A stretch of 53,140 nt of DNA, from contig JAWBSP010000007.1 of NCBI GenBank assembly GCA_038842485.1, positions 1 through 53,140 on the forward strand, read 5' to 3'. This DNA comes from Candidatus Hadarchaeales archaeon (lineage in GTDB: Archaea; Hadarchaeota; Hadarchaeia; Hadarchaeales; JAWBSP01). Under the pieces are notes generated by a model. That model was given only the letters and a program-made list of their open reading frames with translations, searched no databases and had not been told where the DNA came from. Below are positions 1-9,536 of this stretch, piece after piece. Within the stretch, counting starts at the first letter, position 1. Every line of letters begins with the position of its first letter. Made by a program: the position numbers and the translations under genes.

Positions 1-281
1 TGAAGACTGACAATCAACCCCCATATGATGTATTGATCAATGTTCTCGGAGAGGTCCCTTATACCGGTTTTTATGGGCTTCTGGAGGGCGATCCAAGCGG
101 GATCTTTCTCTAGGGGTGGTAATTCCTCAAATTCCTCAGCGAACTTCTCGCATTTTAGCGCATGCTCGATCATCATTCCTAGAGCTTCCTGAATTGTGAT
201 TCTCTCCCCCCGTTTAAGGTGCTCGGCAAGCAACCTCTCGAGTTTTTCTTTTTGTCTATCCTGTACCTTAACCACTGCCAT
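1..281 (-). CDS. Probable antitoxin (VapB-like), no stop codon before the window edge
   Basis: Manual translation from ATG 281: MAVVKVQDRQKEKLERLLAEHLKRGERITIQEALGMMIEHAL...KTGIRDLSENIDQY. The 'DLSENIDxY' tail resembles archaeal VapB-type antitoxins. A TTG-TCA-GTC-TTC (MSVF..., PIN-like start) begins at 13. Confidence 0.5.
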   Translation of the reverse strand, partial: MAVVKVQDRQKEKLERLLAEHLKRGERITIQEALGMMIEHALKCEKFAEEFEELPPLEKDPAWIALQKPIKTGIRDLSENIDQYIIWGLIVSL

Positions 282-361
282 TGGAAATGTATACTTTATA
301 CTAGATCTTGAAACAAAAAGAGGGTCGTATAGGTTTTCCGCTCGAGATGCGAGTATGAAGG

Positions 362-1750
362 ATGGTCAAGATGGTTAGGGAGAGAAAAGTCCCCATGCCC
401 GAGCAGCCGCCCGAGCAGCGCATCAGGAATTTCCGGGAGGTGCCGCTAGGCTACACCCCGGAGCAGGCCATGGAGGAGGCCGAGAGGTGCCTTCAGTGCA
501 AGGACCCGCCATGCATGAAGGGTTGCCCAGTTTCGGTGAAAATACCTAAGTTCATCTCGCTTATAAGAAAGGGCGACTTCGAGGGGGCTATAGCCGTCGT
601 GAGGGAAGACAACTCCCTCCCAGCCATCTGCGGTAGGGTCTGCCCATATGAGAACCAGTGTGAGGGGGCATGCATCTTGGGGAGGAAGTACGAGCCGGTT
701 GGGATAGGCTTCCTAGAAAGGTTTGTGGCAGATTACGAGCGCGAGAAACTTGGCTTGAGGGCGGAGCAGGCCAGCTCAACTGGAAAGAGGGTGGCAGTGG
801 TGGGCTCAGGTCCGGCCGGACTAACGGCTGCCGCGGACCTGGCAAAGCTCGGGCACGAGGTCACCATTTTCGAGGCACTCCACGAACCTGGTGGCGTGCT
901 AATGTACGGCATTCCCGAGTTCAGGCTGCCCAAGCAGATAGTTAGGGCAGAGGTCGATTACGTTCAAAGGCTTGGGGTTAAGATTCTGACCGATGTGGTT
1001 GTAGGGCTTACGGTGACCGTACAGGAACTTCTGGAAGAGTTCGATGCTGTTTTCGTCGGGACCGGCGCCGGCCTTCCGAAATTTATGCACATCCCCGGCG
1101 AGAGCCTGAACGGGATCTTCTCCGCCAATGAGTTCCTCACGAGGGTGAACCTCATGAAGGCCTACCTCTTCCCCGAGTACGACACCCCCATAGCGGTGGG
1201 GAAAAGGACGGCCGTGATAGGTGGGGGGAACGTTGCCATGGACGCCGCGAGGACCGCTCTGAGGCTTGGGGTTGAGCGCTCCATGGTGGTGTACAGGAGG
1301 ACGGAGAGGGAGATGCCGGCGAGGGTAGAGGAGATAAAGAGGGCTAAGGAGGAGGGAGTGGAAATTCACGAGCTCATCGCGCCAGTCGAGTACCGAGGGG
1401 ACGGCTCGGGATGGGTCAGAAAGATGAGGTGCATAAGATTCAGGCTGGGAGAACCGGACAGCTCCGGAAGGCCTAGACCGGTGCCCATCCAAGGGTCTGA
1501 GTTCGACTTTGAGGTGGACTCAGTGGTGGTCGCCATAGGCCAGGACCCAAATCCCCTCTTACCCCAGAAAACGCCCGGCCTCAAGGTTTCGGAGTATGGT
1601 ACAATAGTGGTGGACGAGGAAGGGAGAACCTCCATGGAGAGGGTGTGGGCTGGCGGGGATATCGTCCATGGCGATGCAACCGTCATCCTCGCTATGGGAA
1701 CGGCCAGGAGGGCAGCCGCCTCCATCCACAGGTTCCTTTCCGTGCAGTGA
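362..1750 (+). CDS. GltD/SudA/NfnB-family NADPH-dependent Fe-S flavoprotein
   Basis: CLQC..PC..GCP and CGRVCP...CEGAC Fe-S motifs; GSGPAG FAD motif; GIPEFRLP; GGGNVAMD plus YRR NADPH motif. Confidence 0.9.
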   Translation: MVKMVRERKVPMPEQPPEQRIRNFREVPLGYTPEQAMEEAERCLQCKDPPCMKGCPVSVKIPKFISLIRKGDFEGAIAVVREDNSLPAICGRVCPYENQCEGACILGRKYEPVGIGFLERFVADYEREKLGLRAEQASSTGKRVAVVGSGPAGLTAAADLAKLGHEVTIFEALHEPGGVLMYGIPEFRLPKQIVRAEVDYVQRLGVKILTDVVVGLTVTVQELLEEFDAVFVGTGAGLPKFMHIPGESLNGIFSANEFLTRVNLMKAYLFPEYDTPIAVGKRTAVIGGGNVAMDAARTALRLGVERSMVVYRRTEREMPARVEEIKRAKEEGVEIHELIAPVEYRGDGSGWVRKMRCIRFRLGEPDSSGRPRPVPIQGSEFDFEVDSVVVAIGQDPNPLLPQKTPGLKVSEYGTIVVDEEGRTSMERVWAGGDIVHGDATVILAMGTARRAAASIHRFLSVQ

Positions 1751-1820
1751 GAACTCCCTCGCTTAACCTCTAGTCCAAGCATTTTGGAAGGGGCCCGTTC
1801 CGGTGGAGGATTGCAGACAG

Positions 1821-2159
1821 CTACAGAGTTAGGATTCCGACAATCAGCACGATTATTCCAAAGAGTGTCTGAGTTCCGCTAATAGCTTTCGCTACTTTTT
1901 GGAGCTTTTCTCCCAGTCCTGGAAGAGCACCTACAACGCTTATGGCTAAGACAACGCCGGCTAAAATGGCGAAGATGGAGGCAATCACCGTTCCTGAGAG
2001 TACGTTTAGCAGGGTCAGGACGCCGACGATCAGTGAAATCAGTCCGATGGGGGTCTGATAAGCAGCCATGGCTTTGCACATTTTCTCGAGATATTTTCCG
2101 ACCGCAGGAACAAGACGCACGACACCCGTCAATAACACGAGCCCCGAGATGATGTCCAT
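1821..2159 (-). CDS. Small uncharacterised membrane protein made of two internal repeats
   Basis: 112 aa from ATG 2159, highly hydrophobic, two clearly similar halves. Confidence 0.75.
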   Translation of the reverse strand: MDIISGLVLLTGVVRLVPAVGKYLEKMCKAMAAYQTPIGLISLIVGVLTLLNVLSGTVIASIFAILAGVVLAISVVGALPGLGEKLQKVAKAISGTQTLFGIIVLIVGILTL

Positions 2160-2249
2160 TAGAGCTGCCGCATGCATTTTTTTTGATGTATGAGGGCATA
2201 AATAGGACTGAAAAGGGAGCATCAACTGCGTTTTAAGTCACTGGGCAAA

Positions 2250-2789
2250 ATGAACGATTTGATAGAAGTAAGGTGGCACGGAAGGGGGGGGCAGGGCGCC
2301 GTCACAGCCGCAAGACTGCTGGCGGAGGCGGCATTCAGGGAGGGGAAGTATGTTCAGGCTTTTCCTTTCTTTGGGGCCGAGAGAAGGGGAGCCCCGGTGC
2401 TTGCCTTCACTCGGGTAAGCGAGACCCCCATTAGCGTTCATACTCAAATTTATTCCCCTGATGTGGTGGTCGTGCTGGATCCCACCCTACCCAAAGTGGT
2501 TGATGTTGCGGCGGGCCTGAAACCTGGGGGCCTGGTGGTTCTTAACGGCAAGGAACCGGTTCAGGTGCCGCATGCGAGGATTTTCTGCGTGGATGCTAAT
2601 AGCATTGCGCTGGAAATTTTGAAGGCCCCCATCACCAACACTGCCATGTTAGGTGCGGTCGCCAAGGCAACCGGCTTGGTCAAGTTGGAGAGTGTTTGCG
2701 AGGCCATCCGCTCCTATTTCCCTCCGAGGCTGGTGGAGAAGAACATCGAGGCCGCCCGGGTGGCACACGAGAGGACGGTGGAAGCTTGA
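2250..2789 (+). CDS. porG: 2-oxoacid:ferredoxin oxidoreductase gamma subunit
   Basis: [16 protein letters not shown] and [10 protein letters not shown] motifs. Confidence 0.95.
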   Translation: MNDLIEVRWHGRGGQGAVTAARLLAEAAFREGKYVQAFPFFGAERRGAPVLAFTRVSETPISVHTQIYSPDVVVVLDPTLPKVVDVAAGLKPGGLVVLNGKEPVQVPHARIFCVDANSIALEILKAPITNTAMLGAVAKATGLVKLESVCEAIRSYFPPRLVEKNIEAARVAHERTVEA

Positions 2790-4420
2790 TTTCGAGGCTT
2801 CTTCCGGGAGCAGTCATTGAACGACCGGGGAGTTCGGTGGCAACCAAGACGGGGAGCTGGAGGCACATCAGGCCAGAGAGGAGGGAAAAACTCTCACCCT
2901 GCAGGAAGGCGTGTCCCATTGGAAATCACATCCCTCGGGCCCTCGATCTACTAGCCGAGGGAAAGCTCCAGGAAGCTGCCAAAGTTTTTGTTGAAACCAA
3001 TCCCTTCCCTGCCATCTGTGGGAGGGTCTGCTATCATCCCTGTGAGCAGGAGTGCAACAGGAAAGAATTTGATGAGCCCGTTGCCATCCGCCTGCTTGAG
3101 AGATTTCTGGGTGACCTGATTCAAGAGGAGGCTCGGCCCAGAAAACCTCCTTCCGATCCTGAGGTTGCTGTGATTGGCTCCGGGCCAGCCGGTCTTTCTT
3201 GCGCCTACCATCTCGCCAAGCGGGGGTACGGAGTGGTGGTGTTTGAGAAGAAACCGGTGATAGGTGGCATGTTGGCGGTGGGGATTCCAAAGTACCGCTT
3301 GCCGAGAGAGATTTTGGAGAGGGAGGTCAGGAGGCTAGAAGGAATGGGGGTGAAATTCCTGACGGGCAGGGAGGTGAAGGATCTCCGGGAGTTGAAGGAC
3401 TTCAAAGCGGTTTTCATCGGTGTTGGAGCAACCAGGGGTGTAGAACTGGGGGTTCCGGGCGAGGACGCCGAGGGGGTGTATCAGGGAATAGAGTTTCTTG
3501 AGAACCTCAACCTAGGGAAGGAGGTGAAGGTGGGGGAGAGGTGCTTGGTGATAGGTGGGGGCAACACTGCCGTGGACTGTGCGAGATGTGCGAGAAGGCT
3601 CGGCTGCTCGGTGACCATCGTTTACAGGCGCTCTAGGGAGGAGATGCCTGCCACCGAGGAGGAGGTGGAGGGTGCGCTGGCCGAGGGGGTTAAGATCGAG
3701 TTCCTTGCCGCCCCCGTTGCCATCCTCACGAAGGGTGGCCGGGTGAGTGGGGTGAGGTTCGTCAGGATGAAGCTAGGGCCGCCGGATGAGTCGGGCAGAA
3801 GACGTCCCATCCCCATCGAGGGCTCCGAATTCGAACTGCCGGCAGATTCCGTGATTGCAGCCATCGGCCAGAGACCGGATCTGAGCTTCCTTCCGCCCGA
3901 GATTGAGGTAAAGCATGGGAAAGTGGTTTGCGATGAGTGGGGAAGAACGTCCCTGAAGGGGGTCTTCGCGGGTGGAGACGTGGTGTATGGGTTGCCCGAG
4001 AGGGTCGCCGATGCGATCGGGTCCGGGAGAAGGGCGGCCGTAGCTATAGATTGCTACCTCAGCGGCAAGACACCAAAGGCCGAGGAGCCCTCGGAGAAGG
4101 TAGAGTTCAAGAACCTGAACCTAGCGTACTTCACCCACCTCCCCCGGACGGAGGTGCCCCAGCTCGGTGGCGAGGAGAGAATAAAAACCTTCAAAGAAAT
4201 CGAGGGGGGATTGAATGCCAGTGCGGCGAGGCAGGAGGCGGAAAGGTGCTTCAGCTGCGGCTTCTGTAACCAGTGCGACAACTGCTGGGTTTTCTGCCCG
4301 GAGATGGCCGTTCAGAGGGAGGACTCAGAATATGAAATCGATTTGGATTTCTGCAAGGGGTGCGGTCTTTGCGCTGCCGAATGTCCAAGGCGTGTAATAG
4401 ATATGGTTCCGGAGGGGTAG
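2786..4420 (+). CDS. 2-oxoacid oxidoreductase delta subunit with an inserted GltD/DsrL-like FAD/NADP(H) module
   Basis: TTG 2786 overlaps the porG stop. N-terminal [22 protein letters not shown] is PorD-like. The middle is a GltD fold ([22 protein letters not shown]). The C-terminus is a 2x[4Fe-4S] domain ([26 protein letters not shown]). Confidence 0.85.
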   Translation: MISRLLPGAVIERPGSSVATKTGSWRHIRPERREKLSPCRKACPIGNHIPRALDLLAEGKLQEAAKVFVETNPFPAICGRVCYHPCEQECNRKEFDEPVAIRLLERFLGDLIQEEARPRKPPSDPEVAVIGSGPAGLSCAYHLAKRGYGVVVFEKKPVIGGMLAVGIPKYRLPREILEREVRRLEGMGVKFLTGREVKDLRELKDFKAVFIGVGATRGVELGVPGEDAEGVYQGIEFLENLNLGKEVKVGERCLVIGGGNTAVDCARCARRLGCSVTIVYRRSREEMPATEEEVEGALAEGVKIEFLAAPVAILTKGGRVSGVRFVRMKLGPPDESGRRRPIPIEGSEFELPADSVIAAIGQRPDLSFLPPEIEVKHGKVVCDEWGRTSLKGVFAGGDVVYGLPERVADAIGSGRRAAVAIDCYLSGKTPKAEEPSEKVEFKNLNLAYFTHLPRTEVPQLGGEERIKTFKEIEGGLNASAARQEAERCFSCGFCNQCDNCWVFCPEMAVQREDSEYEIDLDFCKGCGLCAAECPRRVIDMVPEG

Positions 4421-4421
4421 G

Positions 4422-5594
4422 ATGAGGCTTCTTCTCAGCGGGAACGAGGCCGCGGCGCTCGCTGCAAAGTTGGCTAGGGTGAGGGTTATCGCCGCATACC
4501 CGATCACCCCCCAGACGGCAGTGGTTGAGAAGCTGAGCGAGTACATCGCCGATGGTGAGCTGGATGCTGAGATGATAAGGGTTGAGTCCGAGCACAGCGC
4601 CCTGAGTGCCTGCATCGGGGCGGCAGCGGCGGGTGTCAGGAGCTTCACCGCAACCTCCTCTCAAGGCCTGATGCTAATGTCCGAGATTCTGTTCGTTGCT
4701 TCAGGTATGCGGGTGCCCTTGGTCATGGCGAACGTCAACCGCTCCCTCTCCGCGCCCCTCTCCATCTGGTGCGATCAACAGGACTCGATGGCTGTTAGGG
4801 ATTGCGGCTGGATCCAGCTCTACTGTGAGAACAACCAGGAAATCTTGGACTTCCTCCTGCAGGCCTTCAAGATCGCGGAGCGCACTCTCCTGCCAGTCAT
4901 GGTCTGTTACGATGGATACATCCTCTCCCACATGGCAGAGGTGGTGGAGGTTCCCGAGCAGGCCCACGTGGATGAATTCCTCCCCCCCTATTCCTATCCC
5001 TACCAGCTGGATCCGTCGAAACCGTTGACGCTTGGCCCGGTGGGGGTGCCGGAGTTCTATGAGGAAATCCGGTTCACCCATCACGAGGCCCTGCTCAAAG
5101 CGGAGGAGGAAATTGGGAGCGTCATGAAGCAGTTTGCCCAAAGGTTCGGGAGGCAGTACAGCCCGGTTGAAGGTTATCGCCTTGAGGATGCTGAAGTAGT
5201 GTTCGTGTCCATGGGGTCCCTCTGTGGCACGATAAGGGAGGTGGTGAATGCCTTGAGGATGGCGGGGGAGAAGGTGGGGCTCGTCAAGGTGACATTGTAT
5301 CGGCCCTTCCCGGGCGAGAAGCTGAAGCGGATGCTAGCTGGGAAAAAAATCGTTGCGGTGCTGGAAAAGGACATCTCCGCGGGTGCGACGGGGGCTCTTT
5401 ACTCAGATCTGGCCACATGCTTCGTGGGCGAGAAGTCGCCATACATGCTCAACTTTATTTGTGGGCTGGGGGGGAGGGATGTAACCAAGGAGGATCTGAG
5501 GGAGGCGGTGAAGATTTCGCTGCGTGCGGCCGAGGAGAAATCTGAGAAAAGAGTCATGTGGTTGGGATTGAGGGAGGCAGTGGTGGGAGTTTGA
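4422..5594 (+). CDS. porA: 2-oxoacid:ferredoxin oxidoreductase alpha subunit
   Basis: [21 protein letters not shown] and TATSSQGL motifs. Confidence 0.95.
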   Translation: MRLLLSGNEAAALAAKLARVRVIAAYPITPQTAVVEKLSEYIADGELDAEMIRVESEHSALSACIGAAAAGVRSFTATSSQGLMLMSEILFVASGMRVPLVMANVNRSLSAPLSIWCDQQDSMAVRDCGWIQLYCENNQEILDFLLQAFKIAERTLLPVMVCYDGYILSHMAEVVEVPEQAHVDEFLPPYSYPYQLDPSKPLTLGPVGVPEFYEEIRFTHHEALLKAEEEIGSVMKQFAQRFGRQYSPVEGYRLEDAEVVFVSMGSLCGTIREVVNALRMAGEKVGLVKVTLYRPFPGEKLKRMLAGKKIVAVLEKDISAGATGALYSDLATCFVGEKSPYMLNFICGLGGRDVTKEDLREAVKISLRAAEEKSEKRVMWLGLREAVVGV

Positions 5595-7555
5595 AGGAAC
5601 TGAGAGAGGAACTGCTGGCTTCCGGCCACAGGGCGTGCCCCGGTTGCGGGGAGATCCTAGCCATCAGGTATCTGCTGAAAGCACTTGGGCGCAACGTGGT
5701 GGTGGTTTCCGCGACAGGCTGTATGGAGGTCGTCACCACACCCTACCCTGAGACCTCTTGGAAGGTTCCCTGGATTCATGTGGCTTTTGAGAACGCAGCG
5801 GCGGTTGCCTCTGGCATCGAGACGGCGCTCCGGCTGCGAGGGAGGGAGGACATCAAGGTGCTCGCAATCGCGGGGGATGGCGGAACCGCTGACATCGGTC
5901 TGCAGGCGCTTTCGGGGATGGTGGAGAGAGGGCACAACGTGCTCTACATGTGCACCGATAATGAGGCCTACATGAACTGTCTCGATCCTTCGACGCTCGT
6001 GTACACCGCAAGTGGACTCAAAAGGGTCTCGGAGGTGCGGGTGGGCGAGGTTCTCTACGCCTTTGATGTGCGGACGCAGAGGCTCGTGAGCAGGAAGTGT
6101 TCAGGGGTTTTCCCCAACGGAGTTCACGACCTTTATGAGGTCCTCACACCTCACCGCGTCATCCGGGCAACCCCCAATCACCCCTTCTTGGTCTTGGAGA
6201 GGGGAGGGAGAGGAGGGAGGAACCGGCTGGTTTGGAGAACTTTGGAGCAACTTCGTTTAGGGGATGAAGTAGTCGCTTTAAAGAAATTGCCCTGGGGGAG
6301 GTCCCAGCTCTTCAACTTCAGACCGACCAAAGTTGGGGATCCAAAAGTTACCCACCTCCGCGAGGTTAGGATACCCTCACGCTCTTCACCCGAGCTTCTC
6401 AAGTGGCTCGGGATATGGGTCGGTGACGGGTGGGTAAGGACTGGAAGGGGTGAGGTGGGGTTTGCCCTCCCAGTGGGGAAAAAGGGAAGGGCCGAGATCC
6501 TTGCTCTCACACCAAAGATTTTTGGTGTCGAACCAGATGGGGACGAGAATTACCTCTACTTGCGTTCCATAAACATAGCGAGGTTCATCGAATCGCTCGG
6601 TTTTGGGAAGGGGGCGAAAAATAAAACCATCCCGGGGTGGGTTTTCACTTTGCCACCAGAAGAGCGGAGGAGCTTCGTGGAGGGTCTCATGCTTGCTGAT
6701 GGGTACAGCACGGGGGGCAGCCACAGGTGCGTTTCCGCCAGCTATGAACTCCTTCGCAGGCTTAGGCTGCTCCTACAGACACTTGCGTTTAGGGTCGGAA
6801 AGATCCACTGGCAGGTGAGAAAGAAGGGAGAGAAATGCGCCAAGAGGCCCTTGCTCAGGGATACAGGTTGGGGATACATATGCTTCAGCGAGAGGGGGGA
6901 GCCAGACGTAGAAAACTACCCCTCTCAATGCAGATACAGGAATTTCCTAGCGGGGAACGAATACTTCACCATGGAACCTATTGTGGGGATCGAATATGTT
7001 GGGAAAGGTCAAACGATAGACCTGAGAGTGGAGGGAGAACACAATTTCCTGGCCGAAGGGATGGTTGTTCACAATACTGGAATCCAGCGGAGCGGGACCA
7101 CCCCCCTCCGGGCTTGGACCACCACCACGCCCATCGGGAAGAAAAGCAGGGGGGAGGAAAGACCAAAGAAGGACATGGTTTCGATTATGGTTGCCCATGG
7201 AATACCGTACGCTGCCACGGCCTGCGTCTCCTTCCCGGACGATTTCCTCCAGAAGGCTAGGAAGGCCGCCTCGATGAAGGGTCCCAGCTATCTTCACGTG
7301 CTTTGTCCCTGCCCGACGGGTTGGAGGTTCGATTCGGACAAGACCATCCTGCTCGGAAGGCTGGCCGTCCTCACGGGAATGTGGGTCCTATACGAGGTTG
7401 AAAGGGGTGAGAGGAGGCTGACCTTCCGGCCCGAGAAGCGCCTGCCCGTTTCCGAGTATCTGAAGCTCCAAGGCAGGTTCAGGCACCTCACCGAGCAGGA
7501 AGTGGCCGAGATTCAGGGAGCGGTTGATGAGGCCTGCAGGCAGTGGGGTATCTGA
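5591..7555 (+). CDS. porB: 2-oxoacid:ferredoxin oxidoreductase beta subunit, intein-containing
   Basis: TTG 5591 overlaps the porA stop. [30 protein letters not shown]|TGIQRS and CPCPTGW motifs; interrupted by a 366-aa insert. Confidence 0.93.
   Translation: MKELREELLASGHRACPGCGEILAIRYLLKALGRNVVVVSATGCMEVVTTPYPETSWKVPWIHVAFENAAAVASGIETALRLRGREDIKVLAIAGDGGTADIGLQALSGMVERGHNVLYMCTDNEAYMNCLDPSTLVYTASGLKRVSEVRVGEVLYAFDVRTQRLVSRKCSGVFPNGVHDLYEVLTPHRVIRATPNHPFLVLERGGRGGRNRLVWRTLEQLRLGDEVVALKKLPWGRSQLFNFRPTKVGDPKVTHLREVRIPSRSSPELLKWLGIWVGDGWVRTGRGEVGFALPVGKKGRAEILALTPKIFGVEPDGDENYLYLRSINIARFIESLGFGKGAKNKTIPGWVFTLPPEERRSFVEGLMLADGYSTGGSHRCVSASYELLRRLRLLLQTLAFRVGKIHWQVRKKGEKCAKRPLLRDTGWGYICFSERGEPDVENYPSQCRYRNFLAGNEYFTMEPIVGIEYVGKGQTIDLRVEGEHNFLAEGMVVHNTGIQRSGTTPLRAWTTTTPIGKKSRGEERPKKDMVSIMVAHGIPYAATACVSFPDDFLQKARKAASMKGPSYLHVLCPCPTGWRFDSDKTILLGRLAVLTGMWVLYEVERGERRLTFRPEKRLPVSEYLKLQGRFRHLTEQEVAEIQGAVDEACRQWGI
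5978..7075 (+). mobile_element. Intein with LAGLIDADG homing endonuclease in porB
   Basis: Begins CLDPST, block [17 protein letters not shown]-like WLGIWVGDG and [10 protein letters not shown], ends [12 protein letters not shown] followed by Thr. Removal restores YMNTGIQRS. Confidence 0.95.
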
Positions 7556-7578
7556 TTTTTTAATGTTGTGCGAAACTG

Positions 7579-9525
7579 ATGATGTCCGTTTGGGTGGTTG
7601 AGGATCCCCACGAGAAGGACGTCTTCTGGCCGAGCGAGGAGATGAAGAGGAGGGCTTGGGTTTCCGATCCCCGAATTTACGAGGAGGCGGCCAAAGATCC
7701 GGTCGCTTTCTGGGAGAGGCTTGCTAGAGAGGGTTTGGAGTGGTTCAAACCTTGGGAAAAGGCACATGAGTGGGATCCACCACACGCGCGGTGGTTCGTG
7801 GGGGGGAAGATCAACGCAAGCTACAACGCGCTCGACCGCCATGTTAAATCGGGCAAGGGGGAAAAGGTTGCGCTCACGTGGATTCCGGAGCCCCCAGCGG
7901 AGAGTCCTCTCAAACTTACCTACCGGGAGTTGTGGGAACTCACCAACAAGTTCGCCAACGCTTTGAAACAGCTTGGGGTTAGGAAGGGGGACCGGGTGGG
8001 TATCTATCTGCCCATGATTCCCGAGCTATACCCCGCAATCCTGGGATGTGCTAGAATAGGGGCGATCCACACGGTCGTTTTTTCGGCTTTTTCTCCCGAA
8101 TCCTTGCGCGTGCGGCTTGAGGATTCTGAGGCCAAGGTCCTCATCACCGCTGACGGGTACTACCGGAGGGGCAAGATCGTGAATCTGAAGGCAAACGCTG
8201 ATGAGGGTATCAAGGGGACCAAGGTTGAAAGGATGGTGGTGGTGAGGCGGGCGGGCAACCCAGTAGATTGGACGCCCGGTAGGGACCTCTGGTGGCACGA
8301 GTTGATAGAAAAGGCTGACTCCTACTGTGAGCCCGAGTGGATGGACAGCGAGGACATGCTATTTCTCTTGTATACTTCCGGAACCACCGGTAGACCCAAG
8401 GGAGTCATCCACACCACTGGTGGCTATCTAACCCAGGCCTACTGGACGACTAAATGGGTTTTTGATCTGCACGACGACGACCTCTTCTGGTGCACCTCAG
8501 ACATAGGGTGGGTCACGGGGCACACCTATGCCTGTTACGGCCCGCTGTTGAATGGGGCGAGCTTTCTCATCTACGAGGGGGCGCCCGACTACCCCACGCC
8601 GGACAGGGTATGGGAAATAATTGAGAAGAACAGAGTAACCGTCTTCTACACGGCCCCCACCCTCATCAGGATGCTTGCGATGCTGGGGGATGAATGGCCA
8701 AAGAAACACGATCTCTCCAGTTTGAGGCTTCTGGGAACGGTTGGGGAGCCCATTGACTACAAGGCTTGGATGTGGTATTTCAAGGTTGTAGGCGGGGGGA
8801 GATGCCCAATTACCGACACTTGGTGGCAGACCGAAACGGGTGGAACTCTCATAATGTCCCTCCCCGGCATAGGGCCCTTCATTCCCACCGTGGCGGGAAA
8901 AAGCTTTCCTGGAACGAAACACACCATTGTGGACGAAGAAGGGAAGGAAGCGGACGTTGGATATTTAGTTCAGGTTCCCCCCGTTCCTCCAGGCATGTTT
9001 AGAGGACTCTGGAAAGCGGAGGACAAATATAGGGAGACCTACTGGGAGAAATACGGTTACAAGTTCTACTTGGCGGGCGATGGCGCTCTGCGGGCTCCGC
9101 ACGGTTGCATCAGGGTCACCGGGAGGGTGGATGATGTGATGAAGGTGGCTGGGCACAGGCTTGCCACGGCTGAGGTGGAAGATGCCGTGAACCATCATAG
9201 GTGGGTCTCAGAGTGTGCGGTTGTGCCGAAACCCCATGAGGTAAAGGGTGAAGTGCCAGTAGTCTTTGCCGTCCTCAAACCGGGGGCGACGCCCTCCCCC
9301 GAGCTGTCGGAGGAGATAAAAAAATTGGTTAGGAGCACCATCGGTCCGATCGCCACCCCAGAGGAGGTCATTTTTGTTCCAGACCTCCCCAAAACCAGAA
9401 GTGGCAAGATCATGAGGAGGATACTGAAAGCGCTCCTGACGAACTCACCCGTGGGAGATACCACTACCCTAGTGAATCCAGAGGTTGTTGAGAAGCTCAA
9501 ACAGCTTGTGGGATACAAGGGCTAG
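7579..9525 (+). CDS. acs: Acetyl-CoA synthetase (AMP-forming)
   Basis: YTSGTTGRPKG, DTWWQTETGG and PKTRSGKIMRR motifs. Confidence 0.95.
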   Translation: MMSVWVVEDPHEKDVFWPSEEMKRRAWVSDPRIYEEAAKDPVAFWERLAREGLEWFKPWEKAHEWDPPHARWFVGGKINASYNALDRHVKSGKGEKVALTWIPEPPAESPLKLTYRELWELTNKFANALKQLGVRKGDRVGIYLPMIPELYPAILGCARIGAIHTVVFSAFSPESLRVRLEDSEAKVLITADGYYRRGKIVNLKANADEGIKGTKVERMVVVRRAGNPVDWTPGRDLWWHELIEKADSYCEPEWMDSEDMLFLLYTSGTTGRPKGVIHTTGGYLTQAYWTTKWVFDLHDDDLFWCTSDIGWVTGHTYACYGPLLNGASFLIYEGAPDYPTPDRVWEIIEKNRVTVFYTAPTLIRMLAMLGDEWPKKHDLSSLRLLGTVGEPIDYKAWMWYFKVVGGGRCPITDTWWQTETGGTLIMSLPGIGPFIPTVAGKSFPGTKHTIVDEEGKEADVGYLVQVPPVPPGMFRGLWKAEDKYRETYWEKYGYKFYLAGDGALRAPHGCIRVTGRVDDVMKVAGHRLATAEVEDAVNHHRWVSECAVVPKPHEVKGEVPVVFAVLKPGATPSPELSEEIKKLVRSTIGPIATPEEVIFVPDLPKTRSGKIMRRILKALLTNSPVGDTTTLVNPEVVEKLKQLVGYKG

Positions 9526-9536
9526 CAGAGATTTTG

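Noticed and set aside
2786-4420. DsrL and dissimilatory sulfur metabolism
   Set aside because: The architecture is similar, but no dsr genes are present and the gene occupies the porD position.
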